Source: the human T2T-CHM13v2.0 reference genome, Homo sapiens
Length of the DNA stretch: 64,000 nt
Direction: 5' to 3' (one strand)
NCBI RefSeq assembly: GCF_009914755.1
Contig: NC_060938.1
Positions 1-15,090 of this stretch are shown here, piece after piece. A model generated the notes under the pieces. It worked only from the letters and a program-made list of their open reading frames with translations. It made no database searches and was not told the DNA's origin. Made by a program: the position numbers and the translations under genes. How positions within the stretch are numbered: the stretch's first letter is position 1; every line of letters starts with the position of its first letter.

Positions 1-849
1 ACTCTGAAAGAGTTTCCATTCTGGGCAGAATCTGAAAAAGAGGAATAGCTTTCTGGCAGCTGCTGCAAATAAACAAAGAAATCAGGCCTGAGAAGTGGCT
101 CTAAGGCCCATGTAGGGTACCCTGGGCAAAAGCACACACAGTTTCTCTTTGTCACCAGGAGGGCGTTTTCTGTTTTTTAATAAGAATATGTTCTAATTCA
201 CTAGTGAGTTCCTTGAAATCCCCTGGTGAGAAAAAGAAAAATTGTTGATTATTTAAATTCAAGCAGTGAACTTAGAAAACATTAAATATTTGTTGCTATA
301 CATTTGTGATATATTAATTACTGGTTACATGTAAATTTTATGAGACGAGATGGAAGAATATAGTTTTTTCTATGTTTCGGATTTTTCAGCACAATATCTT
401 ATGGATCCCATGATACACACTTAAGTACTCAGATTAATAAGAGATTTAAGTAATTTATTTTCCCATTATCATATTTTCCATTACGATTTTAATGACCCAA
501 GTGTAGAGTGCGAAGCAAAAACATTCTTAATTAAACCATCCTCAACTGGCGACTCAAGACCAAAAGAGACAGCCGAGGCACAAAGGTGGCTAGAAAATGA
601 ACCATTCATGAATACTAGAGGAAGAAAAAAACAAACCTGATCAGTTCTTACCCTCACAACTTTATATAATCCAGTATTACCAATGTCACATCAGAAAGCT
701 TAATGAAGCTTCTATTGCTAGGTGATATTCCATCATCTGTATCCTGTGAAAGTAATGCAAATAAGGATGTGGGAGAAAGAAACAAAAAATTATACACATC
801 AACAAATGGACATTTGTTAAGCATTCCAGACGAAGGCTGCAATACCCCC

Positions 850-1198
850 TGTATTCGTCCGTTCTCATGCTGCTAATAAAGACATACCTGAGACTGGGTA
901 ATTTATAAAGAAAAGAGGTTTAATTGACTCACAGTTCCGCATTGCTAAGGAGGCCTCACAATCATGGTGGAAGGCAAAGAGGAGCAAAGTCGCACATGGC
1001 AGCAGACAAGAAGAATTTGCGCAGGGGAGCTCCATTTATAAAACCATCAGATCTCATGAGACTTATTCACTACCACTAGAACAGTATGGGGGAAACCACC
1101 CCCACGATTCAATTATCCCCACCTGGCACCACCCTTGACATGTGGGGATTATTACAATTCAAGGTGATATTTGGGTGGGATACAGCCAAACCATATCA
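850..1198 (-). mobile_element. THE1-family MaLR solo LTR
   Basis: TGTATT..GTCCGTTCTCATGCTGCTAATAAAGACATACC...CCAAACCATATCA; 5-bp TSD CCCCC. Confidence 0.88.
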
Positions 1199-1307
1199 CC
1201 CCCTTTGGTAATCTAGTTCCTGAAACTTGAGTTCCTAGTATGGAATTTGAGATATTTGAAATATTTCTAAAATTCAGGCAAATAAATCATGTGCTGGCTA
1301 CTGATTA

Positions 1308-2744
<1,437 letters not shown>

Positions 2745-2944
2745 CTGTAGTCTTACCTTTGATCAGCCTATTGTACATGCAGAGCCTACCACAGTGCCTG
2801 GTACTACAATAGCTGTTCCCTACATATTTATCAACCATGAATTAGAAAAGAAAATGTTGTGCACAATCCTATTGTGTTGTGCACAATAGGATTCCTCTTA
2901 GTTTTATCTTGAATACTTGAAATCTTTGAAAACTTGGAAGTTTT

Positions 2945-3268
2945 CTTTCTTTCCTTCTTTTTTTTTTTTTTTTTTTGAGACAGAGTCTTGCTCTGTCACC
3001 CAGGCTGGAGTACAGTGGTGTGATCACACTTCACTGCAGCCTCGACCTCCCAGGCTCAATTGATCCTCCTACCTCAGTCTCCCAAGTACCTGAGGCTGCA
3101 GGCATCTGTCACCGCACTCAGCTAATTTTTTATTTTTTAGTAGAGGTGAGGTCTCACTATGTTGCCCAGTCTGGCCTCAAACTCCTGGACTTGAGCAATC
3201 CTCCTGCCTCAACCTCCCAAAGTGCTAGGATTACAGGTGTGAGCCAGCGTTAGCCACTATGTCCAGCC
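2945..3268 (-). mobile_element. Alu (J-type)
   Basis: Poly(T) followed by reverse Alu consensus. Confidence 0.9.
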
Positions 3269-3422
3269 TTGAACCTTATTTGATATCCAATACTGTGTTA
3301 GTCAGGACTTCTTTGGTTGTACGTGACAGAAACCCACTCAAAAGGCTTAAGATAAAAAGGGAATTTTAATGCCTCATAAGACTGAAAAGCTCTAGAACTG
3401 GCATCAATGCACTTGAATCCTA

Positions 3423-3802
<380 letters not shown>

Positions 3803-4908
3803 TCAGTTCTACTTTGAGTAGACTCCATTGCCAGACAAGCAAAACAGCTGCCAGCCACTCCAATTCTATATCCCACCCGCTTAGCAATCACTGTGGAAAG
3901 AGCTTTTCTCAGCAGTTCCCCTGGAAACTGTTAGACTTTAGCCTGGTTAACTCTGATTGGCTGACTTATATGCCGCCCTTGGATCCATAGAGTAGTGCCA
4001 GGTGCGCCAAAACCACAGGAAGGGGGAGTAGGGGTGGAGGAATCCTCTCAAAGAAAATCAAAATAGTATTACCGGAATAAGAAAGAATGGGGGCCAGCAG
4101 GGCTGCACAGGGCTGACTTGGGAGCTGTAACATTCCCCAGTCTTCATTTACCAAACCAAATACACCTGCAATCTAAATCGTAAAACAGATGTTTGGTAAA
4201 TAAATGCAACTATAACACAGTACTCTTTCTAACCAGATTGCCACCCAAAGATCCTCCTCAGGAAAAAAAAAAAAAAATCTTGAAGCTAGTACCAGATGCC
4301 AGGCAGGCACAACCAGCAGATGTTCCCTACTATTAACTATATTTTCAAATGCCTATTAGATTCCACCTAAAGCCTTTAAAAACTGGTACCATATATAATT
4401 CAAATAAAAGAAATCTCTAATCAAATTATCTTGTCCTACACATCTGCACACCTTGCCATCTTCTCTTTCTGTTTTAATATCAGTATTACCCCAGTGAGGC
4501 AGGTTGGAAAGATAGGCAGTTGCCTTTGGTTCCTTACTGTTTCTCACCTCCAATATTTAGTTACCAAGTCCTTTTGGCTCTGTTTTAGAAATATTACTAA
4601 AACGCATCCCCATCTCTACATCAATGCTTTCCCAATCCCCACTGCCACAGTTCAGTTCAAGCTGTAATTATCTTTTCCCTAGATTCTGCCACCTGAGTTA
4701 GCTGTAAAAAAATCATTTATCTGATCATGCCAATTCCTCTCTTTTAACAACATTTGCTATAAGCAACTTAGGAATAGGTATCTTGTGCCTTGAAATATTC
4801 TTATGTTTTGACCCACAGATTTCTCATCTGGATACCTGCCACAAGGTAATAACAAAAAAATGTAAATCAGGATTCATGTTGAAATTCATGTTCAAATATT
4901 TATCAAAA

Positions 4909-5184
4909 GGCTGGGCACAGTAGCTCACACTAGTAATCCCTGTACTATGGGAGGCCAAAGGGGGAGAATTGCTCCAGTTCAGGAACATAGTGAGACCCCA
5001 TTGCTACAAAAAGAAAAAAAAACAATTAACCAGGCATTGTGGCATATGCTTGCAGTCCTAGCTACTCAGGTGGCTGAGGGAGGAAGATCGCTTGAGCCCA
5101 GGAGTTCAAGGTTGCAGTGAACCATGATCATGTCACTGCACTCCAGCCTGAGTGACAGAGTGAGACCCTGTCTTTAAAAAAAAA
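4909..5184 (+). mobile_element. Alu (J-type)
   Basis: Alu consensus with A tail. Confidence 0.88.
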
Positions 5185-5477
5185 TTATCACAGCATAACT
5201 TAGGACAATAAAAAATATGGAAGCCTAAATGCCCAACCACGGAGAAAACCTTAAGCAAATTGATTCAGCCAGTATGACAAAATATTATAAACCATCAAAA
5301 ATTAGGCGTTTTTTTGCAGATAAATTTTGGCAACGTTGCAAATTTCCCATAATAGAATGTAAATGTTTTATAGCAGGATACAAAAACATATATATAGAAT
5401 GAGCCCGTTTATATAATATAATGAGGACTAGATCAAAAGATACCAAAATGTGAACAGTTTTGTAATATGATGGGCAA

Positions 5478-6618
5478 TTTTTTTTATTATACCTTAAGTT
5501 CTGGGGTACATGTGCACAACGTGCAGGTTTGTTACATAGGTATACATGTGTCATGGTGGTTTGCTGCACCCATCAACCCATCATCTACATTAGGTATTTC
5601 TCCTAATGCTATCCCTCCCCTAGCACCCCACCCCTGACAGGCCCTGGTGTGTGATGTTCCCCTCCCTGTGTTCATGTGTTCTCATTGTTCAACTCCCGCT
5701 TATGAGTGAGAACATGCGATGTTTGGTTTTCTGTTCTTGTGTTAGTTTGCTGAGAATGATGGTTTCCAGCTTCATCCATGTCCCTGCAAAGGACATGAAC
5801 TCATCCTTTTTTATAGCTGCATAGTATTCCATGGTGTTTATGTGCCACATTTTCTTTATCCAGTCTATCATTATTGATGGGCCTTTGGGTTGGTTCCAAG
5901 TCTTTGCTATTGTGAAGAGTGCCACAATAAACATACATGTGCGTGTGTCTTTATAGTAGAATGATTTATAATCCTTTGGGTATATACCCAGTAATGGGAT
6001 TGCTGGGTCAAATGGTATTTCTATTTCTAGATCCTTGAGGAATCGCCACACTGTCTTCCACAATGGTTGAACTAATTTACACTCCCATCAACAGCATAAA
6101 AGCGTTGCTGTTTCTCCACATCTTCTCCAGCACTGTTGTTTCCTGACTTTTTAATGATCACCATTCTAACTGGCATGAGATGGTATCTCATTGTGGTTTT
6201 GATTTGCATTTCTCTAATGATCAGTGATGATGAGCTTTTTTTCATGTTTATTGGCTGCATAAATGTTTTCTTTTAAGAAGTGTCTGTTCATATCCTTAGC
6301 CCACTTTTTGATGGAGTTGTTTTTCTCTTGTAAATTTGTTTAAGTTCTTTGTAGATTCTGGATATTAGCCCTTTGTCAGATGGATAGATTGCAAAAATTT
6401 TCTCCCATTCTGTAGCTTGCCTGTTCACTCTGATGATAGTTTCTTTTGCTGCGCAGAAGCTCTTTAGTTTAATTAGACCCATTTGTCTATTTTGGCTTTT
6501 GTTGTCATTTTTTTGGTGTTTTAGTCACGAAGGTTTTGCCCTTGCCTATCTCCTGAATGGTATTGCCTAGGTTTTCTTGTAGGGGTTTTATGGTTTTAGG
6601 TCTTATGTTTAAATCTTT
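5478..6618 (-). mobile_element. 5'-truncated L1PA element (ORF2 C-terminal remnant + 3'UTR)
   Basis: Minus-strand ORFs 5689-6482 translate to L1 ORF2p C-terminus (e.g. PFDPAIPLLGIYP, MEYYAAIKK); flanked by ATGGGCAATTTTT / ATGGGTAATTTTT. Confidence 0.95.
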
Positions 6619-6687
6619 ATAATCATTATGGGTAATTTTTCAACTATTTTTGCTATGTTTTCTAAGTTCTTTTTAAATATACTTGTT

Positions 6688-6976
<289 letters not shown>

Positions 6977-6988
6977 TTATATATGTGT

Positions 6989-6990
<2 letters not shown>

Positions 6991-7034
<44 letters not shown>
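6991..7034. repeat. (GT)22 microsatellite
   Basis: Perfect GT run. Confidence 0.96.
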
Positions 7035-7037
<3 letters not shown>

Positions 7038-7038
7038 T

Positions 7039-7325
7039 AGCTGGGTACAGTGGCTCACGCCTATAATCCCAATGATTTAGGAGGCTGTGGCAGATGGGTC
7101 ACTTGATCCCAAGAGTTCAAGACCAGCCTGGGCAACATAGTGAGACCCTGTCTCTACAAAAAAATTTAAAAAGCAGCTGGGTGTAGTGGCACACGCCTAT
7201 AATCCCAGCTACTAGAAAGGTTGAGGCAAGAATGATCCTTTGAGCCTAGGAGTTCAAGGCTGCAGTGAGCCAGTTGTGCCACTGCACTCCAGCCTGGGCG
7301 ACAGAGTGAGACTCTATATCAAAAT
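7039..7325 (+). mobile_element. Alu (J-type)
   Basis: Alu consensus. Confidence 0.88.
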
Positions 7326-7364
7326 ACGCACAAACAGACAGACACACAAAGACACTATCTCAAA

Positions 7365-7366
<2 letters not shown>

Positions 7367-7406
<40 letters not shown>
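7367..7406. repeat. (AC)20 microsatellite
   Basis: Perfect AC run. Confidence 0.96.
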
Positions 7407-7409
<3 letters not shown>

Positions 7410-8231
7410 GATGAGATAATTTTGTTTTTCAGCATTCTGCATGGGAAAAGAATTATGTTTGTATAGAAAAAACAAAATACCTGAATGAGTGCTTGGCATA
7501 GAAAATTAGATCTTAAAGGAACCGAATGTGGACAATAATGTTCTGCAGGGAGAATGAGGAAGAATTTGTTGCTCCAGGAAGATGAAAGAGGAATGAAAGT
7601 AAGAGAGATGGCAAAATTGCAAGTCCTGCCATGTAGCTCTCTCCAAAACCTTTCAAATCTTACATAACATTTCTAAACTCATGAAATGTTAGGTGGGTTC
7701 TTTCTTAAAATGGAAACTGGAGAAATGGGCTTCTCATGTGAGTTGATGTAGCAGGAAGCAATGCCACAAGAAGAGAAGAATAAAGTCAGTGGGGAGCAGG
7801 CAGGGAAGTCCTGGATTCTAACTGGTAAACTTGGAGCTCAAGCCACGTTAAACTCTCCAAGCGGTAGTGAAGTTGAAACTGACATCTCAGTTACACACAC
7901 CCATTGCTTTTATTATTAGGGAAAAGTAACAAAAGTAATTTTAAACAAACATTGGGTAGAATCTAATTGCCGTATAAAGTACAAACTCCTCATGTGACAT
8001 ACAATGCCTCCCATCTCTTTTAACAGACTCACCTCCAGCCAGTTCCTCCCTGCTCTGAACTAGCCCTTCTGTGTAGACATTCTAGATTGCTGGTAATTCC
8101 TAAAATTAACCAGGCCTTTCAAGAACTGCGTATACATTTGCAGCCTCCATGTTGTGCCTTACCCTCAACCATCCACTGTCAGCCTGTTAAACTCCTACAG
8201 AATCTTTGATGTCCAGCCCAAATGAACTGCC

Positions 8232-9207
8232 TTATTATGAGTTGGATTGTGTTCCTCCCAAATTCATAGGTTGAAATCCTAACCCCTAGTACCTTAGAAC
8301 AGGGTTCTTAAATCTGCCGGCCATGGACTGCTACCCATCTGTGGCCTGTTAGGAACTAGGCTGCACAGCAGGAGGTGAGCAGCAGGCAAGCGAGCGAAGC
8401 TTCATCTGTATTTACAGCCACTCCCCATTGCTTTCATTACCGCCTGAGCTCTGTCTTCTCTCAGATCAACAGGGGCATTAGATTCTCATGGGAGCACAAC
8501 CCCTATTGTGAATAGATTGCACACGCAAGAGGGATCTAGGTTGCACGGTCCTTATGAGAATCTAAAGCCTGATGACCTGTTGCTGTCTCCCATCAACCCC
8601 AGATGGGACTGTCTAGTTGCAGGAAAACAAGCTCAGGGCTCCCACTGATTCTACATTATGGTGAGTTGTATAATTATTTCATTAAATATTACAATGTAAT
8701 AATAAAAGAAATAAAGTGCACCACAAGTATAATGCACTTGAATTATCCTGACCCACCCCATCCGTGGAAAAATTGTCTTCCACAAAACCAGTCCCTGTTG
8801 CCAAAAAGGTTGGGGACTGCTGCCTTAGAATGTGACCTGATTTGGAAAATATTTCATTGCAGATTATAATTCCTTAAATTAAGATGAAATTCATACTGGA
8901 GTGAGGTGGGCCCCAATTCAATGTGACAAATGGGTAATTGGGATACAGACACCCACACAAGACAAACTCTCTGTAAAGATGAAGGCAGAGATTTGCAAGT
9001 CAAGGACTGTCAAGGACTGGCACAACCACCAGAAGCTAGGAGAAGGGAATAAAACTGATTCTCCCCCACAACCCTCGGAAGGAACTAACACTGCCAACAC
9101 TTTGATCTTGGACTTCTGGCCTCTAGAAATGTGAGACGAGAAATTTCTATTGTTGAAGCCAGTCAGTTTGTGGTACTTAATTACAGTAGCCCTAGAAATC
9201 AAATACA
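8232..9207 (+). mobile_element. MLT1-family MaLR LTR interrupted by MER1
   Basis: GTTGGATTGTGTTCCTCCC...GAATGTGACCTGATTTGGAAA...TTTGTGGTACTTAATTACAGTAGCCCTAG. Confidence 0.75.
8300..8822. mobile_element. MER1 (hAT-Charlie) DNA transposon fossil
   Basis: CAGGG...GGTTGGGGACTGCTG termini; perfect 8-bp TSD CCTTAGAA (8292-8299, 8823-8830). Confidence 0.88.
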
Positions 9208-9223
9208 TACCTCTCTTCTATAG

Positions 9224-9581
<358 letters not shown>

Positions 9582-11543
9582 AGTCCCTAATACATTTTAT
9601 ACAATCATACATACCTTTATAGCAGCGCTTATAGGACTTTAGGAAATTATGCTTCCAGGATATGTGTTCTCAAGAGCATGTGTTTGCCACTTACTCTTTT
9701 AGAATCTGTAGTTCTCCTTCTTTACTTAGCTACTACCTTAGCCTGGAGTCTCAAGAAAACAGAGCCTGAGGCAATGATTAAGGCACTGATGTTTTAATTG
9801 GGAAGGGCAAGCCCAGGGCAGTGAGGTTAAGGAAAAGGAAATGAGTCAAGGAAAACTGTGAAGCAATGCGAAGTGACATAAAGTGACGTTACTCCCTTGC
9901 TACCATCTTATCAGAAGCCAGAAGAGACAGAGCAGGTCACCAGGCAGGCACATCCACTTGGCACACAGGATGTCCCTCAATGTGCTGCAAGGACAAATCA
10001 TGCCATGGAGTAATCCATGGGAAGGAGGATGGGAATTTATTCATCCAGCTTCCTCTTGTTCCCTCTTTCCCATTGGTTAAAGTTCATCTCTCTAGGAGTT
10101 AGAATTAATAGCCATACTTCCAGGTTTCATTGTTCAGCTTCTTCTGTGGTTTCTTGGCCACTGGATCCCTGAACCCCAATTCTTACAGGGCAGCATGCAG
10201 AGGGCCAGGTGATATCTACACACACAGTGAGTAGCATTACAGGGCAGGAATTCCAACGAAGCTTAGGGAACCTAAGTCTTTTATAATGGGCAGTAAACCT
10301 GTCTGACCTTTGCCCTGAAGGAGATGTCATCTTTATTATAGGGACAATAAACAAATCTGTCCCTGTTCAAGAGGAGGATCACACTATCTTTATCTTCCAT
10401 CATTGTTCACTACATAAATATCCTTGAAAGACAGTCTGGAACCAAGGCAGTGAGTGCCTGTGCTTGCAAGATATGAGAAAGGTGAGAGACCTACAGAACA
10501 CTGTCCTAACACAGATCCAACACACTGCAGCCAAGTGTTTATTTCCTGACTGGAAATCCTACTAATTTATGATCAATATGTAAAATTTATTTTTGCGGCA
10601 ACTGAGAATATTGACTTAGGCAGGTAATGCAACATAGTAGATAGCCATAGTACAGCTAAACTACCAGTAAGAAATCTATCTTGACATCAATCTAATAAAG
10701 GAAAACATGAGAAATCTTTGCTCAATAAATTAACATAACACCTTCAGGGACATAAAAGATTCTACTCAAACAGTTATGCAATATTTGAGGATATAGTAAC
10801 TGTGGATGCTTGCAAAGTTACTAAAAGACATTATTATATATTGTAGTGGTGATTATTCTGTAATCACTGCTGACTTGTTTCAAGTTCCTTCATGTTTCTA
10901 ATTCTTTCAAGTACATTGCCAACAATTCTACTATTTGAAAGCATGTCACAGAAAGTAAAAGGTAAGGAATCACCACCATAGTCATTTTTAAACATAAATT
11001 GAGTGCCCACGTGTGAATCATTGGGCTTGGTATTATGGGGGAATAATTTAAAAAATGAATACACAGTCTGTGTTTTGAGAAATTTATGTTCCAAAGATGA
11101 AAATGAGATAAAGACATAAGTATCTTTAAAAACAAGTGAAAAAAATATATAAACAAATGAAATATGTATAACTACATATATATTTTTTAATTCAAGTAAA
11201 CACCATATTTTAAAAATTACAAAAGAATTATAGAGTAAATATGCTCTTATTAAAAGATACATTTCTGAATTCTACTCATCATTAAAAGTTACTATATTTT
11301 TTTAAAAAATGGATCTAGGAAAGATAGCAAATAAAAGTAGATTTACCATAGGTTGTGAAAAAAAAAAGAAACTTAATTGCAAAATATGTATGGAGAGAGA
11401 AAAAGCTAATTTTGATGTAGGAGGATATTTCCTGGAGAGGCAAATACAGTTTAATTCTAGATAGTACCTTTCTAGAAAGAGGAGATGTGATAATTGGTGA
11501 TAAAAGAAGATAAAGTCAGGATGCATAAAAGACAAGGATGGTA

Positions 11544-11861
<318 letters not shown>

Positions 11862-12622
11862 TTAAAGTCACAGACTTTACTGGGAAATAAAACCATTGTT
11901 TTATTAGTCAACAATTGAAACATTATCTCCAAATGATAGCTTTACATTTTGCAATATTTTTATTTTATTCTGCATACCCCTATGAGCATTCAATAATACT
12001 TGATTTACATATTTTGTCACCATTTAAAAGTAAGTATACTTGTAATAAATGTTTCTGAATATAGACTTGCTCATAATTTAATCTGCAATATAATACAGTG
12101 TAATTGGATGGGACCAGATAAATTCATTTAAAATTTCTTCTAAATTATAACTTACATTATTACAAGTATGGGGTGGTCACCTGCCAATATAAAATATTGG
12201 AATATCACCGAGCACTTCAAATCTTACTCCCTTATTTGTGATCCATTCTAGTATACCCTAGGTTATCTTCAAAAATTTTTCTTTAAAAATATGACAAAAT
12301 TTACATCATTCAAAGGCATTCATATATAAAATACAAACACTGGGAGATCTGAATTATATGTTGCTTAAATATTATTTTTTTCAAATCTAATTGCAATTAC
12401 ATCCCTTTCCCCATCAACCTCAATTTGAAATTCTCCAATGGCTTCCCACTATTTAAGATAAAGGCCAAAATTCTTAACAAGACCAAAATGTCCACGATGG
12501 TCTTGCTCCTGTCTCTTTACCCTCAATTTACACCCTTTTCGTACTCACTGGGTCTTCTTATCCTAGGACTTCTTACTTTCTTTCACTTCCTAGTACTTGC
12601 CATATTACCCTGCCATAGGGAC

Positions 12623-12778
12623 TTTTTTTTTTTTTTTTTTGACAGGGTCTTGCTCTGTCACCCAGACAGTGGCACCACAGTAACTTACTGCAGCCTGAAA
12701 CTCCTGGGCTCAAGCGATCCTCCTGCCTTGGCTTCACAAAGTGTTGAGATTACAGGCGTGAGCCACAGTGCCCAGCCC
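12623..12778 (-). mobile_element. Short, internally deleted Alu
   Basis: Poly(T) + partial Alu; flanked by AGGGACTTTT / GGGGACTTTT. Confidence 0.8.
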
Positions 12779-14001
12779 GATGGGGACTTTTTACATGCTG
12801 ATCCTCAGCGGCTGGAAATCCTCCCCTCATTCAGGACACTTCAACTAGTTGACTTGTACCCAGCCTACATACCTGAGTCAATTATCACTGGACAGCAAAG
12901 TCTTCCCTGACCTTCCTGAAAAGGTCACATTCCCCTCTCACAATCTCATAACAACAGGTTCCTCTTGCTGAATATTGATCAAAATTATAGCTTTATATTT
13001 GCTTGTATAATTCATTAATGTCAGTGTTGCCCACCAGCTGTAAGTTCCTTGAGGGCTTTCATCAGAAAGATTAGGGGCAGAGCAGGGAAATGGAGAGAGC
13101 CCCCCTTAGTGGAACAAGCATACATGCTGATTGGCGATCAACTGCCACTGGGGGACAGACGCTAATCTCCACCTACTTTCCTGGACTCTTCTCGTAAAGC
13201 CTGCCCGAGGCAAATATCCCCTGCTTGTAGGGAAGGGGTAGAATAAAAACCAATCAGTCCCTAGAGAGGGGAAAATATCCTCTGGGACCCAGGAATCTGC
13301 ACCAATACAAAGCAGAGGTCTGTTTATTGCTAGGACAGAAGCAGAAACACTCTCCAAAACAAGATCAAACAGAGATACAAGGTAGCATTTGACTATCACG
13401 GGGAGATGGCAGGAATACCAAGAAAGCCCTGTCCCCAGGCCCAGGTTCAAGTTCTGCTTAAGCCTGACAGGCTGGACCAAAAGAACCAAAAACACCCTCC
13501 TGCCCCCACCACAATCTTAGCATGAGTAACAAGAACCAAGAGTCTGCTCTTGGGGAAGGGCAGGAACATAGAGAAAACCTCTCCCTCCCTACTGTGGCAC
13601 AGTCCCTGCAGAGACTAATGAAAGTGGAGGGTGGAGCAGAAGCACTGGGAATAATCCTGCAGCACCCCAGACATAATACATGCACAAAGTAACAACAGCT
13701 CACTTTTGGAGGAATATGAAGCTTGTGGTACACTGAAGGTAACAATAGCAACAATAAAGCCCAAAACTAGTTCAACTCCTGACCAGATTAACTGCAGCTC
13801 CCATAATAACAGCTTGAAAGAGAAGAGGCATACCCATTTCCAGGTATAAACAGCGCTATGTTCCTCATCCTCTGCTATTCTTCTACCTACAGTGTTCTAG
13901 TATATACTAAAAAATTATAAGACACAAAGAAAGCAAGACAGTGGTGGGAGGGATATTGTGAAGAGATAAAGCAATCAATAGAACCAGGTTCAGAGATGGC
14001 T

Positions 14002-14250
14002 AGTTGTTGGAATAATCAAATAGGGACTGTGATGGTTAATTTTATATGTCAATTTGACTGGGCTAAGGGATGCCCAGATAACTGTAAAACACTATTTTTG
14101 TTTTGGTAAACCCTAGTGTAAAACACTATTTTGTAAAACACTAGTGTAAAACACTATTTTTGCTCTACAGTTATCTGGGCATCCTGTAGTCCAGTCAAGT
14201 TGACATATAAAATTAATCATCACAGTCCCTATTTGATTATTCCAACAACT
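14002..14250. repeat. Inverted repeat, 85-bp arms (14002-14086, 14166-14250) with tandem TGTAAAACACTA spacer
   Basis: Manual reverse-complement alignment gives 80/85 identity. Confidence 0.93.
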
Positions 14251-15090
14251 TCTGTCTGTAAGGGTGTTTCCAGAAGAGATAAGCATTTGAATTGGTACAC
14301 TAAATAAAAAAGATTGCTTTTGTTGTAGAAAACAACCAGATTCTTGTCACATAACCAGGAAAATTTAGGCCCACAGACACACTGTAGGGTGAGTAGGGCA
14401 GGGTTTATTGGATTAAAATAAAAAAGGAAAGAGGAACTCTCAGCAAAGCAAGAGAAAGTTCTGCTAGCAGGTCTCCTGCCTCACAGATTGAATCCCAGGT
14501 CATTACCCAGGAACTGAAGAGGCCAGGTTCCTACCCCCTGCAAATGGCACAAACTTCCTGAGGCTCCACCCTGTCCTCCCAGTGTGCAGATGGGCATTAT
14601 TCAGAGAGAATCAATTGGGAAGGGATGGGCTTCATCTGGCACCAGCAGTCCCATTTTTCAGCCTTCAGGCTGAAGGTGGGATTTCACCAGGGACCCTTGG
14701 CTGTCTCCTGTCTCTATCACTTTCACCAATAAAGAAGGGCATCATCCAATCTGTTAAGGGACTAAATAGAACAAAAAGGCAAAGGAAGGGAAAATTTGCT
14801 TTCTACTTGAGCCAGAACACCTATTTTCTTCTGCACTTGGACATGGATGCTACTGGTTTGGGGCCTTTGGACTAAGACTGGGACTTATATCATCAGTTCC
14901 CCTGGATCTCAGGCCTTTAGGTTTGGGCTGGAGCTGCACTGCTTTCCTGGGCCTCCAGCTTGCAGATGGCAGATCATAGGACTTCTCGGCCTCCATAATC
15001 ACACTGGTCAATCCCTCATAATAAATCTCTTAATATATACCTACGTACATCCTATTGGTTCTGAGTCTCTGAAGAGTCCTGACTATTACA
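14028..15090 (+). mobile_element. MLT2 (ERVL) LTR, interrupted by a local inverted duplication and a nested ERV1 LTR, inside old L1-like sequence
   Basis: Starts TGTGATGGTTAATTTTATATGTCAA, ends CTGACTATTACA; TSD-like GGGAC/GAGAC. Confidence 0.82.
14321..14719 (-). mobile_element. ERV1 solo LTR (MER61-like)
   Basis: TG...CA termini, minus strand starts TGATAGAGACAGGAGACAGCCAAGGGTCCC; 4-bp TSD CTTT. Confidence 0.78.

Noticed and set aside
5689-6482. Minus-strand ORFs with reverse-transcriptase-protein similarity
   Set aside because: Frameshifted fragments of the L1 ORF2p C-terminus in a 5'-truncated L1; cannot encode an active enzyme
14083-14160. Short direct repeats with spacers resembling a CRISPR-like array
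   Set aside because: 12-nt units with 1-11 nt irregular gaps in primate DNA and no cas genes; better explained as templated insertion
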